NCBI GenBank assembly: GCA_964016885.1
Contig: OZ024746.1
Location: forward strand, 45,074,001-45,138,000
Source of the DNA: Eledone cirrhosa
Lineage: Eukaryota
Direction: 5' to 3'
Length of the DNA: 64,000 nt
Position numbers and translations under genes: made by a program. Shown here one piece after another: positions 52,600 to 64,000 of this stretch (the first letter of the stretch is position 1; the number at the start of each line of letters is the position of its first letter). The notes beneath the pieces are model-generated. The model had not been told where the DNA came from, ran no database searches, and worked only from the letters and a program-made list of their open reading frames with translations.

Positions 52600-55500
52600 T
52601 TATGAAAATATTGACATCACATATTTCCGGCAAATTGTATGTTATGCAAACCTCCTTGCAGTATATTATTTAAACGTTATTATTCCTTAAATTTATTTAG
52701 AAGTAGGTTCAGTGATTATGTCAGTTTGTAATTTACCAGTAAATGAACCAGATTTGTACCTACTGGCCCCATTTTAAATTGCGTCTACTTGTGGTTTAAT
52801 GATATACATATGCATGCAAGAAAATATAGGCCCACAATTTATAGCAAATAATCTATATGCAGCTTCCATTTTTATAAATTGAATGTGGGAAGTAATTTAG
52901 TACAACGTACATTCTGCATAACAAACTATTAACCTGATGCTATTATTAACATAATAATTGTTTCCTTAATGGGTTTACTTTGAAAATGAACAGTAATAGT
53001 CATTCATCATATCGTAAACAGATATACTCAACTGTATAATACGTTCAGGTTCAGCTAAATATCTTTAGAAATTGACCTGCTTTAGTGATAATACAAAGTG
53101 TCTTTATGAACATTTTTCTTCATTATAACTCGATGTCTTTAACAGAGGAAGATTTCTGCTGCGCACTCGAGCAATATGGAATCTATGCAGAGGAAAAGTA
53201 AATACGTCAAAAGCTAATAATATCGGACAGTTGAAGATAGATGCTCAAGGATAATGAGAAGAATTTGCAAATGTTTTTGAAACGTAAGAATCCAATAAAA
53301 GTTCTGTGTGAAACTGAAAGGCGCTGAAATCTCCATTCTTACAGCAAGAGAGTAGAGGCGAATAAGTGATTGAAAACAAAATTAATGAAAGAACAGGACG
53401 AAGCGCAAATAACATTTTTCCCGAGCTACTGAATAGATATCAGAGCAGTAAATGAAAATATCAAAGAATATAAGTGAGTCTAATCAATAAATTGAAAACT
53501 GGCCGAAACTCAATATCAAATATCAGATGAACATAGATTATAATCGACATACTGGCGTTGGAAAATTCTTTGGATGAAATATTACAATTATAGGCACGCG
53601 GAATTGTAGTCTGTTTAATATAGTTGAGTGTATTTTTATATAATATAATTAGAACGACGTATATTTAATTGTCGTAATCAAATAAGATGTTTAGAAATCC
53701 AGAATTTCTTGCACTTTCATTATACTAAGTAGTTTAATAGTTTCATAATTTTTATCTTACAATTGTATATTTTAAAGGTCTTAGTAAAATAGCAACCTTA
53801 ATGAATTTCTTATTTTTTTTCAAGTTAAGAGTAAAAGCTCGATACAAAATTCTTTACATAGATATTGGGATGTTCCAGATGTGAATAATATCCACAATTC
53901 TCGCAAAAGACGATGTAGTAGATTTCAAATTCAGCTTCATTTAGTTTACAGTATGTCTTCGTGTATTCATAGCTGGCAGAATAGAATCGAGAAATTTAGT
54001 TTCGAAACTATTATTATTAGTAGTGGTATATTAGCGTTACTCATGCCAAAATATTAGAATTCTTGAAAATATATAGGTTATATCTATTGCAAAAAATAAA
54101 TATGCTATGAATGAAGTGACTTAATCTCAAGCCGATAGTTAATAATTAAACAGTTTCTTTATTGGAAATACCCTATTTATTGCAATCTCTTTTTCAATCC
54201 TGAGCGGGTAAAACGTGAAGAAGCCAGTGAGAAAATGTTAAGTAAATCTGTAGAAAATATGAAAGATAAATCTATTCTATCTAAGGCACGCATTTCACAG
54301 ATAAAATTTGAATAACCTATAGCAAATTAAAATATATCCTTATTCTAGATATCTCCTTTGTCGGTACACACAATAATCTAAGTCCAAAGAATAATTATAT
54401 CCTCAAAATCACATATAGGTTTGTTGAGGCCATTCACATGCTCATTACATGCAACTCAGAAAACACTGACGCCTTGGTGTCTACTGTCCATGAAGCAAAC
54501 TGTCTAAACAAATACAAAACTCACAATATATCTGCAGCTATGAAACATGTTATAAAGTTAAGGATTATTAATGAAATTTAAATACAACACAAAGTCAACA
54601 TTATAATTTGATGAAAGCAGCTTGAGAAAATAAATTCACTAAATGTTTTATCTCTATTTTTAGGATTACAGTTTCTGCAAATATTGATACTTGTTTATGT
54701 GCATCTTGGTTGTCATATTTTAACATGTTTTGTTACTATATATTACATTCGCTGTATGAGTGCATTATTTCCGGGCAATTAAATGTCATCCTTTTATCAA
54801 ATTACATATTTAAAAAAACAAGATAAATGGCTTCAAACGGAAATCAAAATCATTTTGGGGCCTCACCTCTCATCAATATATATTTACATATAAGATTAAT
54901 GATACGTTTATAACAATGTTAGTATTATCCAACATACTAGGTTTACACATGTAGAGTTTTCCATACATAAATGCATATCAGTTGGGAATCTAAAAAATAA
55001 ATGGAATCATTTATTATATTATGATATTTGTTTCCGGGTTATTTTATCTAAATTTAATTCTATAATAATTGCAAACAGATTTATTATGCCTTTTGAGAGC
55101 TGACCCAGCAAATAACCCTCTGGGGCATTGCTGTACGAACAAGATAAAGCATATATGCCTTGAAGCATTATCTGATACGACTGCTTTCCTGTTTTAATCT
55201 GTAGACGAGGTAATTATCTTCTGAGACCTTAATATTAGACAATTGAAGAAGCCGAACTAATAATCAACAATATAAAAATGTAGCAAGCTATTATATATGA
55301 ATCATTGAAACTTTGATGAGAAAAAGTACTACAGCAGTAAAATGGCCTGTAGCAAATAGAATGATTTTGAGTATTATATCGATTTTAGTTGAAGAAGCAA
55401 TAGCAATTATTCATAGATTAATTTCGTTTTAATATCGATAGTAAACATGCCCGAAATCTAATCATTATACTTTTAATTATTTCTAATTTCTTTTCTAATT

Positions 55501-58500
55501 TTCTGATTCTTGAATATAAAAACATCGACTTATCAAACTTACATTCTTTCTAAATTATACATGCATTCAAAGGAAATATTTTAGTTGTATACCAAAGTTA
55601 ATGACTGAATATGTTGCTGGTTGTATCTGCAGCGGTATAATCGATGATAATCAGACAAACCAAAGCCAGATCCTTTTTATAACGATCTGTAATTTTGCAT
55701 GTTGGAATATGGATCAAAATATCTAAGGTGCTAGCATATCAGGTAATTACAATGCCATTATCTTATCTGCTTAAATAAGACAGTTGTATCAACGTGAAAT
55801 CCACAGTGGTTGTCAGAATACATGTAGTTAGCTCTTCTCTTAGAAACATTTATGAATGATTTTGTAATATGAATACGAAAATCACTCATTATAATTTCAT
55901 AATGTAGATATTAATGCTAAGAATCTGATATTAAAGTTTTACTAATACTTTTAATATTTCTGACTTAAAATAATTTTCAAATATTAGCACATATGGCGAG
56001 AATAAAAGGGCACAAGCTGCATAAGGACTGATTTATTTTCGACGATGTTAATGTTGATTACGTAGGCAGTACAACAATAAACTGAAGAAGAAAGCATCCA
56101 TTGTAGTAACCTTGTAATGAGAACTTGCCATCTGTTCCACAACACTGCATGTTGTTATGAGATTATTAAGTAGTAGTAAATCTATGTACTTAAATTTCTC
56201 TCTGAAATTCAATAAACATATTCATCATAAGCAAACATTACAACATACTCAGAAAATAAATGGATCTATGTAGAATTCATGTATTTTATAACGAAATTAA
56301 CAGCATAGGCAAAGAAGATTTACTGGTAAGAAAATCTGAATCTAGTGCAGAGATATAGATCGAGGAAGGTGACTTTCTTGCTCTACGATGCATACCAGAG
56401 TTACATTAAGTATTAGTTATCTTTTATGTTATGTGCAAAGAACTATAAGATAAATTACATGGACAAATTTGTCTTACAGGTATTTGTGAATAACGTTTCT
56501 GGCGTATGTAATGCCAAATTGATTTAATCGGAAATTCAAAACTTGTCATGGATTCCACTGACAGGAAAGTTTTCTTCCTGTAATTTCTTTTAGCTTTAAA
56601 TTAAATTCTTTGTCTGTACCTGAAACGTTATGCAACTTCATATAACATTGGCAAACTTATCTGCTGCAGAAGGTAAACAGAATATATTCTATCCATGATA
56701 TTTATACAATACTTGATATACTTATCAACATGCATATTATTTAAAGTATTTTGCTGTCTAATAAATATAGAGGTAACATGGTAGTTCATAATATAGTAAC
56801 TACAAGTACATCAGTTTGGGTAGTCAGAGAACGATTCAGTTGATGGTAACATATGATTAAAGTTATATCATTCGATACATAATCCAGAATGTAACTGTTC
56901 ATGTCCTTGTACACCAAAGATATGACAATGTACTTAATGCTATATTGTTCTTTACTGCAAATAAAGAGAGAAATGTATTTAGCCTGATGCTTCATCCGAA
57001 TTCAATACATCATGAAAAACATAACTATTGTAAATTAGATTCCTAACCAAAGAAGCATGTATCCTATCTATTTAATACTACATAAATTGAAATAGATTAA
57101 CATCCTTGTGAGATACCAATGAGCCACACAATCTCTCCCTCTTTCTCCCCCTCTCTCTCTCTATTGAAAAATGGAAAAATAGTAAAGTATATCTAGGCAG
57201 ATGATCATTGAAGTTGAATATAACGTTTTATTTCAATCTCAACGTAAATATTGTTTAAAATACATGTTAGTAGAACATTTGATATAATGGTAACTGATGT
57301 TATTAATTTTATTTGAGTTCCCTGGTGATATAAGAAAGAACTCGCATTTGCAAAGGACGTTGTTTTGGTAGACAAATAAACTTACTAGATCACAGCGCTT
57401 GATGGGCTAATAAAGAGATAGAATTTTGTGTAAGAGTAGACTGGGAATTATCTTCAACAAGTATAACTTGGAGATATTATCGAGCTCAAATACGTCGGAG
57501 GGGTGGATATTAAGCAGAAACTTTTGGAAACGTTGCCTTCTGTTGGCAGGAATGAAATCGAAATTACCTTTCTAAGATTTGCTGTTTGTCAATAATTGTA
57601 AAAAATAGACCAAAGTATGTCTTTGAAATGCGAAACCAATTAATTGACTTTTGCGCAGGTTTTATGCAGCAATGATACTAAACCACCCAGTGTAATGTAG
57701 GATTATACATTTGGTACATCGGGCGAATTAATTTCATAGAAGATCGTATAGTATTACATCAGAACGATAAGGGATCGATCATTTATCATTTGAACTACAT
57801 ATTGCTGATATTCTATTTACTAAAATACAAATGGGGTCTCATATTTAAGTTATTTCACATGTTTTAAACTGGACACTATAAATTATACACTTTCGTTATG
57901 AATTTTACAATCCATCATCTTATAATAGATTCAAAACATGAAGTGTATAAAATGTAACCGCTTTACCTACAATGAAAACACGGTACTTCTATATATAAAC
58001 CCAAATGTGATGCGCTACTACGATATCAAACATGGTTGACTTAAAATTGTATACAAGACAAAATTAATTCAGCTGGGAGGTAAAATACTGTAATCTCGTC
58101 TTTGAAAAATATCACCCGCTAGTTTTGTTATGCATACCATACTACCTTAGGCAATACAATCTCGGAAGCCAAGTGCCAACATTTAAAGAAAACGGTGTCG
58201 TTCTTTCTGTAACTTAATTAAAGCGAACATCAGCGCTAAAAACATAGCACATAGCAAAAGTCAACTCAAATAACAAATGTTGGAAATTTTCTTTTTTGGG
58301 TATCTTGTTGCATTTATTTGCGTGTATAAGTTACGCAGTTCAAGATTTGAAAATAAAATTTTCAATCTGAATAAAATAATATACATTTCTAGGATTTAAA
58401 TTACTGATAACGCAACTATTCAAAAGTTCAGTTGTATTCTAGAATCTGTTAACTTTGAATTAAAATCCGTCACAACCTTGATTTGCAGCAACATTTACAC

Positions 58501-58914
58501 GTCAGATTTAACGTAAGTTTGTTTACTAGTTAAAGGATATGAATTAAATTAAGTTTTAACTTGTGCAACCAAAGCCAAATGATCTCATTACTATCCCAAG
58601 GCATTTTCGTAGCAAAAACATGCCATTATTTCTAAATCTGAAGATTCAAAACTGATAATTATTTTTCTATCCTTATTAGACTCCACAGATTTAATAATAG
58701 ATTTACTGAATCAAAGAACTTTGAAAAATGAATATGATGTTTACCATTCTGTAAACAACATAACAAGTATTTAAAGACAAACTAAATTCTGAGATGGTAA
58801 GAAAAATGTACACTGAAACAGATTTATATATTCTGTTTCTTATATTTGAATTCATCTGTGTCAATTTCTGAATTATGATGTACAGCCACTTACTCTTTGT
58901 CAACAACGTGTGAG

Positions 58915-59182
58915 TCAAGAGAATCGCTTTTTACCCATGGACAGTTATATGTAGGTTATTCACGAGAGGGAACACCTAGAAAGCTTCAGAAACTAGACAA
59001 AAACGGTAAAACGAAGAATCTGGTGTATCTGAAGAATTTTACTGTTTTCCTTTGTCACACACACACAACACGGTCTCGCCTCATACTGTAAATCAGACAA
59101 CGCATCCAATACTGTCATTTTCTCTTTTACTTGTCTTCTCTTATCATCTGTTTACCTGGGTAAAGCTGGATCCGTCAGCTAG
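58915..59182 (+). mobile_element. Helitron 3' remnant (RepHel helicase C-terminus and terminus)
   Basis: FTHGQLYVGYSR..GKTKNLVY matches the PIF1-type FSHGQLYVAxSR..KTKNIVY motif; ends in a degenerate GC hairpin (cctgggtaaagctgga) then CTAG|T. Confidence 0.75.
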
Positions 59183-59214
59183 TATATCATATATATACAC
59201 ACCAACATTTCTTT

Positions 59215-59367
59215 CTCCCTCACTCTCTCCCTCTCTCTCTCCCTCACTCTCTCTATATATATGTGTGTGTGTGAGTGTGTGTGTGTGTGTGTGTGTATGC
59301 GTGTGTGTATGCGTGTGTGTATGTGTGTGCGTGTGTGTATGTGTGTTTGTATGTGTATATATATATA
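59215..59367. repeat. (CT)n/(TA)n/(TG)n compound microsatellite
   Basis: Direct. Confidence 0.9.
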
Positions 59368-59974
59368 CCGTACCCTATATATAGTATATATAGAAGTTTA
59401 TACTTTTTGACATGATGAATCGAAATTTGTTAATAAATAGATAGTTCACTGGAGCCATCCGCGTGACAGATAATAGACATTTCTGTATATTTGTTTCATT
59501 ATTCGTTTACTCATACTTAAAACGCTATACAGTTTTAGGGCAGATACTTAACTTGAACATGCCTGCAATTTCATTTTCATAATTACGTACAAAACAATAT
59601 ATGTACGAGTAATCGTAGTTTTCCCTTAAGGCGGAGTCCATTATTAGAAGGTGTTGTATTATATTTTATGACAAATGTTTAATGGCAAAAGTAGCAGCTC
59701 ATGAAAATAAATGTCTCACCGCATATTTTCTGTTCAAATAATGTTGGTATTGGTTTATCATTCTGGTGTTCATTATATAACTACGGCTCTTACATTGGTC
59801 AACCCAAGTATCTCCTACAATACATTTGTGTCTAGTAAAAATATGCTCAATTTATATCAAATAAAATGAGCAGCATTGTACGGTATTACTCAAAGGTATT
59901 TAGTAATAAATATCGTTTTCTGTACACATCAATTGTTATATCTACTTCTAACAATTATGATTTCTGTCTACCTA

Positions 59975-60132
<158 letters not shown>

Positions 60133-62319
60133 GTATGTAGGCCTATGTTTGTGGTCACATGTATGTTTTATATCACTATGCTTTTCATCATACACCTAGT
60201 AGGTTAATATCTATAATGATATTAAAATCAATATTTTACATCAATACAAAACTCTCCAGTCTACAAATCATACATGGTGCAGAAGTGTAATTCGCAATTC
60301 GTATCACCCAGATCGACTAAATATTTCTAGTAAAATAGATTCAATTGATCAACTGCCCTCCTTAAAAGAACAATATTAGACCAGACATAACGTAAATATT
60401 CATGCATTCGTTAACTAATAGACTATATATTAATTTGTCATTTAACTCCATATCAACTTTGATTGAGCAGAACTATTATCACAGATATTTCCGTCACAGC
60501 CCACGGATTAGATTATGTAATGTCTCCTTCCGTTATTTACAATATTGCATATGAGGACTATTTGGTTATTATTTTAGCAAGTCTAACGATGCTATAGAGG
60601 ATTTCTCTTTGGCTTCGCTTCATTTTACGTTATGTAAAAAGATGAAACATTGTTATTCATTAATAAATGAAGATAACAAATTGAATCATTGTTACTGTCC
60701 ACTGTAAACCTTAATGAGAATAGTTGATTCAATCAACTTCACTCTCATAATGATGTACGCATTAGTAACTCCGGGGAGAAGGAAGGCAATTTTATTCACT
60801 TTCACATATTTCATCTGATACGACACCATATTATACGATGTATATAAGATAGTATTGCATTACAGTGTCTCAACTAATTTATTTACCCGGGATATTTAAA
60901 TGACTATACATGCAAATCAGATAATCGAAGAAGACAGCCTGAGAGCTTAATCATTTAATACATTGGATTTTGGGCGACTATGACCTGTGATGTTCATATT
61001 AAAGCTTACAAACTTTTATTCATTATTGGCTTAAATAAGGAGATAACTATATCAAGTAGAAGAAGTCTCAAGAAAGGAATATATTTTATGGGTTTGTCTG
61101 GGGTTTTTTGGTATATTTTTCGCAAATTCTCTTAATTGTAGGTTTATTACTTCAGTGAAACTTACAATCGAATTGCAAATAATTATGTTATGAAAAGCGA
61201 TGAGTCCTGAAAATATATAGTTTCTATCATCGTAGAAATCTAATTTTAAAAGAGAAACGTTATTAAATATATTTTTGTATAACTGACGTTTCTAAACGTG
61301 TGCACAAAACGAAGGACAATTAAAGCTATGTATGATAAAAAGACCATTATGATTAGGTTCATTTTAAAAAATCGAAATATTAAAAACAACTCTATTCTGT
61401 TGATATATTTTCAAGTCATCTCAGAAAGAGTAAACAGTTGTTATGGATATCAATAACTATTTGTGTACTTGGATTGATTATATAATGTTACTGTTGTTGT
61501 TCTTTTCTTTTGTATATGCTCATTTAGCTTTCATTTGTCCGTGCTATTGTTGTATATATGTATGTGCGATATACTGAAATTCTGAATAGATTTTTAGGAA
61601 ATGAATACGACGGATATTATTGACTCAATTGAACAACTTTGTATATCACAATCCATGTGTGTTCAACTTTGACTTTTTCCGACCAAACTCATATATTAAT
61701 TTTACAAATCCAACATACACTCGAGTTTACAACGCAAATTCATGAAAAATTAAGCGAAAGAATTTTAATTATATATCAGAAACTATGGTTTTTAATGATA
61801 ATTTTTGTTATTATTTTCATAATTTCATTATATTCATAATTCTATTATTTCCATTATACTTACAAATATATACCAAATATATGTGCGTCAAAATAATCGT
61901 CTTTCATATTTAAGAACGTATATATCCTTTCTACATCTAAATCTCAATGTTCAAATTAGAAAGCTATCCGCAAGTTAATACCAGTAGTGTTCTGTCTAAA
62001 TAACCTCGTCTATAATTATATTCCAAACAGTTGTGCCATTACACCAATGTAGAAATCATTATAGTCCTTACAGTGATATGCAGGCATGTAATTAGATTTA
62101 ATAAAATTGTTCATTCTACATATAGATGTATACACGAAAACACATGCACATAGACAAATACACATACATAGATATATATATAAATGTAAATATATACACA
62201 AATATTGGTTCACCCAACGAGACACTTAAACACGGGTTCATAGTTTCAAGACTCAACTTCGGGGAAGGAATGTTTTTTTTTTAGATGTATATATATATGT
62301 ATTAACGGGGGTATGTGTG

Positions 62320-62356
<37 letters not shown>

Positions 62357-62829
62357 GTGTGTGTGTGGTCACCAAATCCCTCGACGTTCACAAAGATCTA
62401 AATTCCCGTTTATTCACACCCTTCCATGATATTAATGAACACATTACATATGTTAACTAACACTCTACGAGAGTATAAACGTTGATCGCTAGAAGTCCTT
62501 GAGATGATGACAAAAAGAGATCTATTAAACGCCAATCACAGAATCTTCAATTGCCAACATAAATCTTTAAACACTGTCTATAAATATAATCCATGTTTGC
62601 ATATATATCCAAACTTACCAACTAACCTCATATGCACATCTCCTTAACTAAACACGACACCCCCAAAACCTTAATAAACACAGATTATATATAAGTTTAC
62701 AGTTATACACACAATCGCTACTCCATTATGGGACAAATAACAAGGGCGATGGAACTGGGGGCTGCAGAGGTATTTATATTATTCTCCCCAAACTACCAAA
62801 AACACATCTATGTGTACATGTTATGTAGA

Positions 62830-63445
62830 GACAAATGAGAGAGATAGATAAAGATATAGAGAGGAGGAGAATGGTCGGTAATTGAAAAATAGAGGATGAT
62901 TGGGAGAGTATGTTGTATATTAAATTTAGAGAGGGTGACAGATTAATGTTTATTGACATAGAGAGATTAATTTGAAGAGAGTTCCTTGTAGTAGATATAA
63001 AGAGGAGGAGAGGTTAGCGCTAATGATATAGAGAGAGGGAATGGAAGAAATTTCGGTATAGTAGATATAGAGAGGGAGAGAGTTTGGTGCTAATTAATAT
63101 AGAGAGGAGGGTTGGAAGAGAGATCCTTGTATTAGATATAAAGAGGGGAGAGTGTGGTGTTAATTGATATAGAGAGAGGTATTTTAAGAGAGTTCCGTGT
63201 AGAAGAAATAGAGAGGGTGGTGATAGATAGAGTGAGAGGGAATGAGAGAGAGTGTATATGGTAGATACGGAAAGGGGGAGTGTTTGGTGCTAATTGATAC
63301 AGAGATGGGTGTTGGGAGAGAGTTCCATGTAGTAGATATAGAGAGGGGGAGAGTTAGATGTTTATTGATATACAGATTGTGATTGGAAGAGAAGTCCGTG
63401 TAGTAGAAAGGGGGAGAGTTTAGTGTTAATATATATATATAGAGA
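62830..63445. repeat. Degenerate GA-rich minisatellite, ~70-71-bp period
   Basis: Recurring gtagtagatatagagagggnagag-tt-ggtgctaattgatatagagag units at ~62988, 63059, 63129, 63200, 63329 and 63400. Confidence 0.75.
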
Positions 63446-63553
63446 TGAAAACATTGGGTATAATACCAGTTTCTTACCAAATGCGAAGATACCCGCTATA
63501 TTAAACCCTTAGCAAATAGCAGACCATAATTTTTTGAAAAAACAATATATGTA

Positions 63554-63790
63554 CAGTGGCGGTGTAACAGGGGGGGGGGGATACACACTCCAATAATTAA
63601 GTTTTTTTTCCCGAAACTACCTAAACACACATCTGTTTGGATATGCGCTAAATTTATGTAGATGTTATGTTTAACGCATATCGAAATGTTCTGAGCATTT
63701 TAGAGTGTAAAGAACTAAACTAATCAATACAACTAAATTGTCCAAATTTGCCCACCCACTCCTAATTCAAAAAGGCTTCCACCACCCCTG
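63554..63790. mobile_element. Putative non-autonomous DNA transposon (MITE, hAT-like)
   Basis: Imperfect TIRs cagtggcggtg / caccacccctg; flanks tatatgta / tataaata fit a decayed 8-bp TSD; related partial copy at ~62742-62820. Confidence 0.5.
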
Positions 63791-64000
63791 TATAAATAAC
63801 ATTAAAATGTAGGTAATAATCCCAGCAATACATAAATTACAAGCTATTTTAACCGTGTACGCTTTGACCTCAAATTCCACTCAGACGCATCTAATGTAAA
63901 CTGAACGTTTTACCAAATAATACGACAATACATGATTCAATCCCATAATATTCTCACTTTCACCTATTGTTAAACCAAAACTTACTTATACATTGAACAA

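Noticed and set aside
52700-58800. Possible host exons in the unique AT-rich stretch (also 9500-16400)
   Set aside because: No ORF with recognisable motifs; short exons cannot be called or excluded without transcript data
63450-63535. Helentron/DINE-like terminus (gggtataa...taccc) beside the minisatellite
   Set aside because: The partner subterminal repeat could not be found

Overview
AT-rich animal (eukaryotic) genomic DNA; the tRNA-SINE type and microsatellite load suggest a cephalopod such as octopus (inference). I see no host protein-coding gene, rRNA or tRNA gene, or CRISPR array. The centre (~20.9-52.6 kb) is a ~31-kb abutting array of non-LTR retrotransposons separated only by (TTA)n tracts. 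Five L1/Tx1-like APE-RT copies are all on +. Four R4/Dong-like RT-RLE copies all have their termini on -, and one carries an internal inversion. The two unrelated clades appear to share a ~210-225-nt 5' leader design. The left arm holds a decayed Penelope-like element (RT + GIY-YIG) and several short inserts in (TA)n that carry type-I hammerhead ribozyme motifs and long fold-back palindromes. Scattered tRNA-SINEs, RTE and Helitron remnants, a MITE and micro/minisatellites make up the rest. All alignments and RNA folds were made by eye and need computational confirmation.
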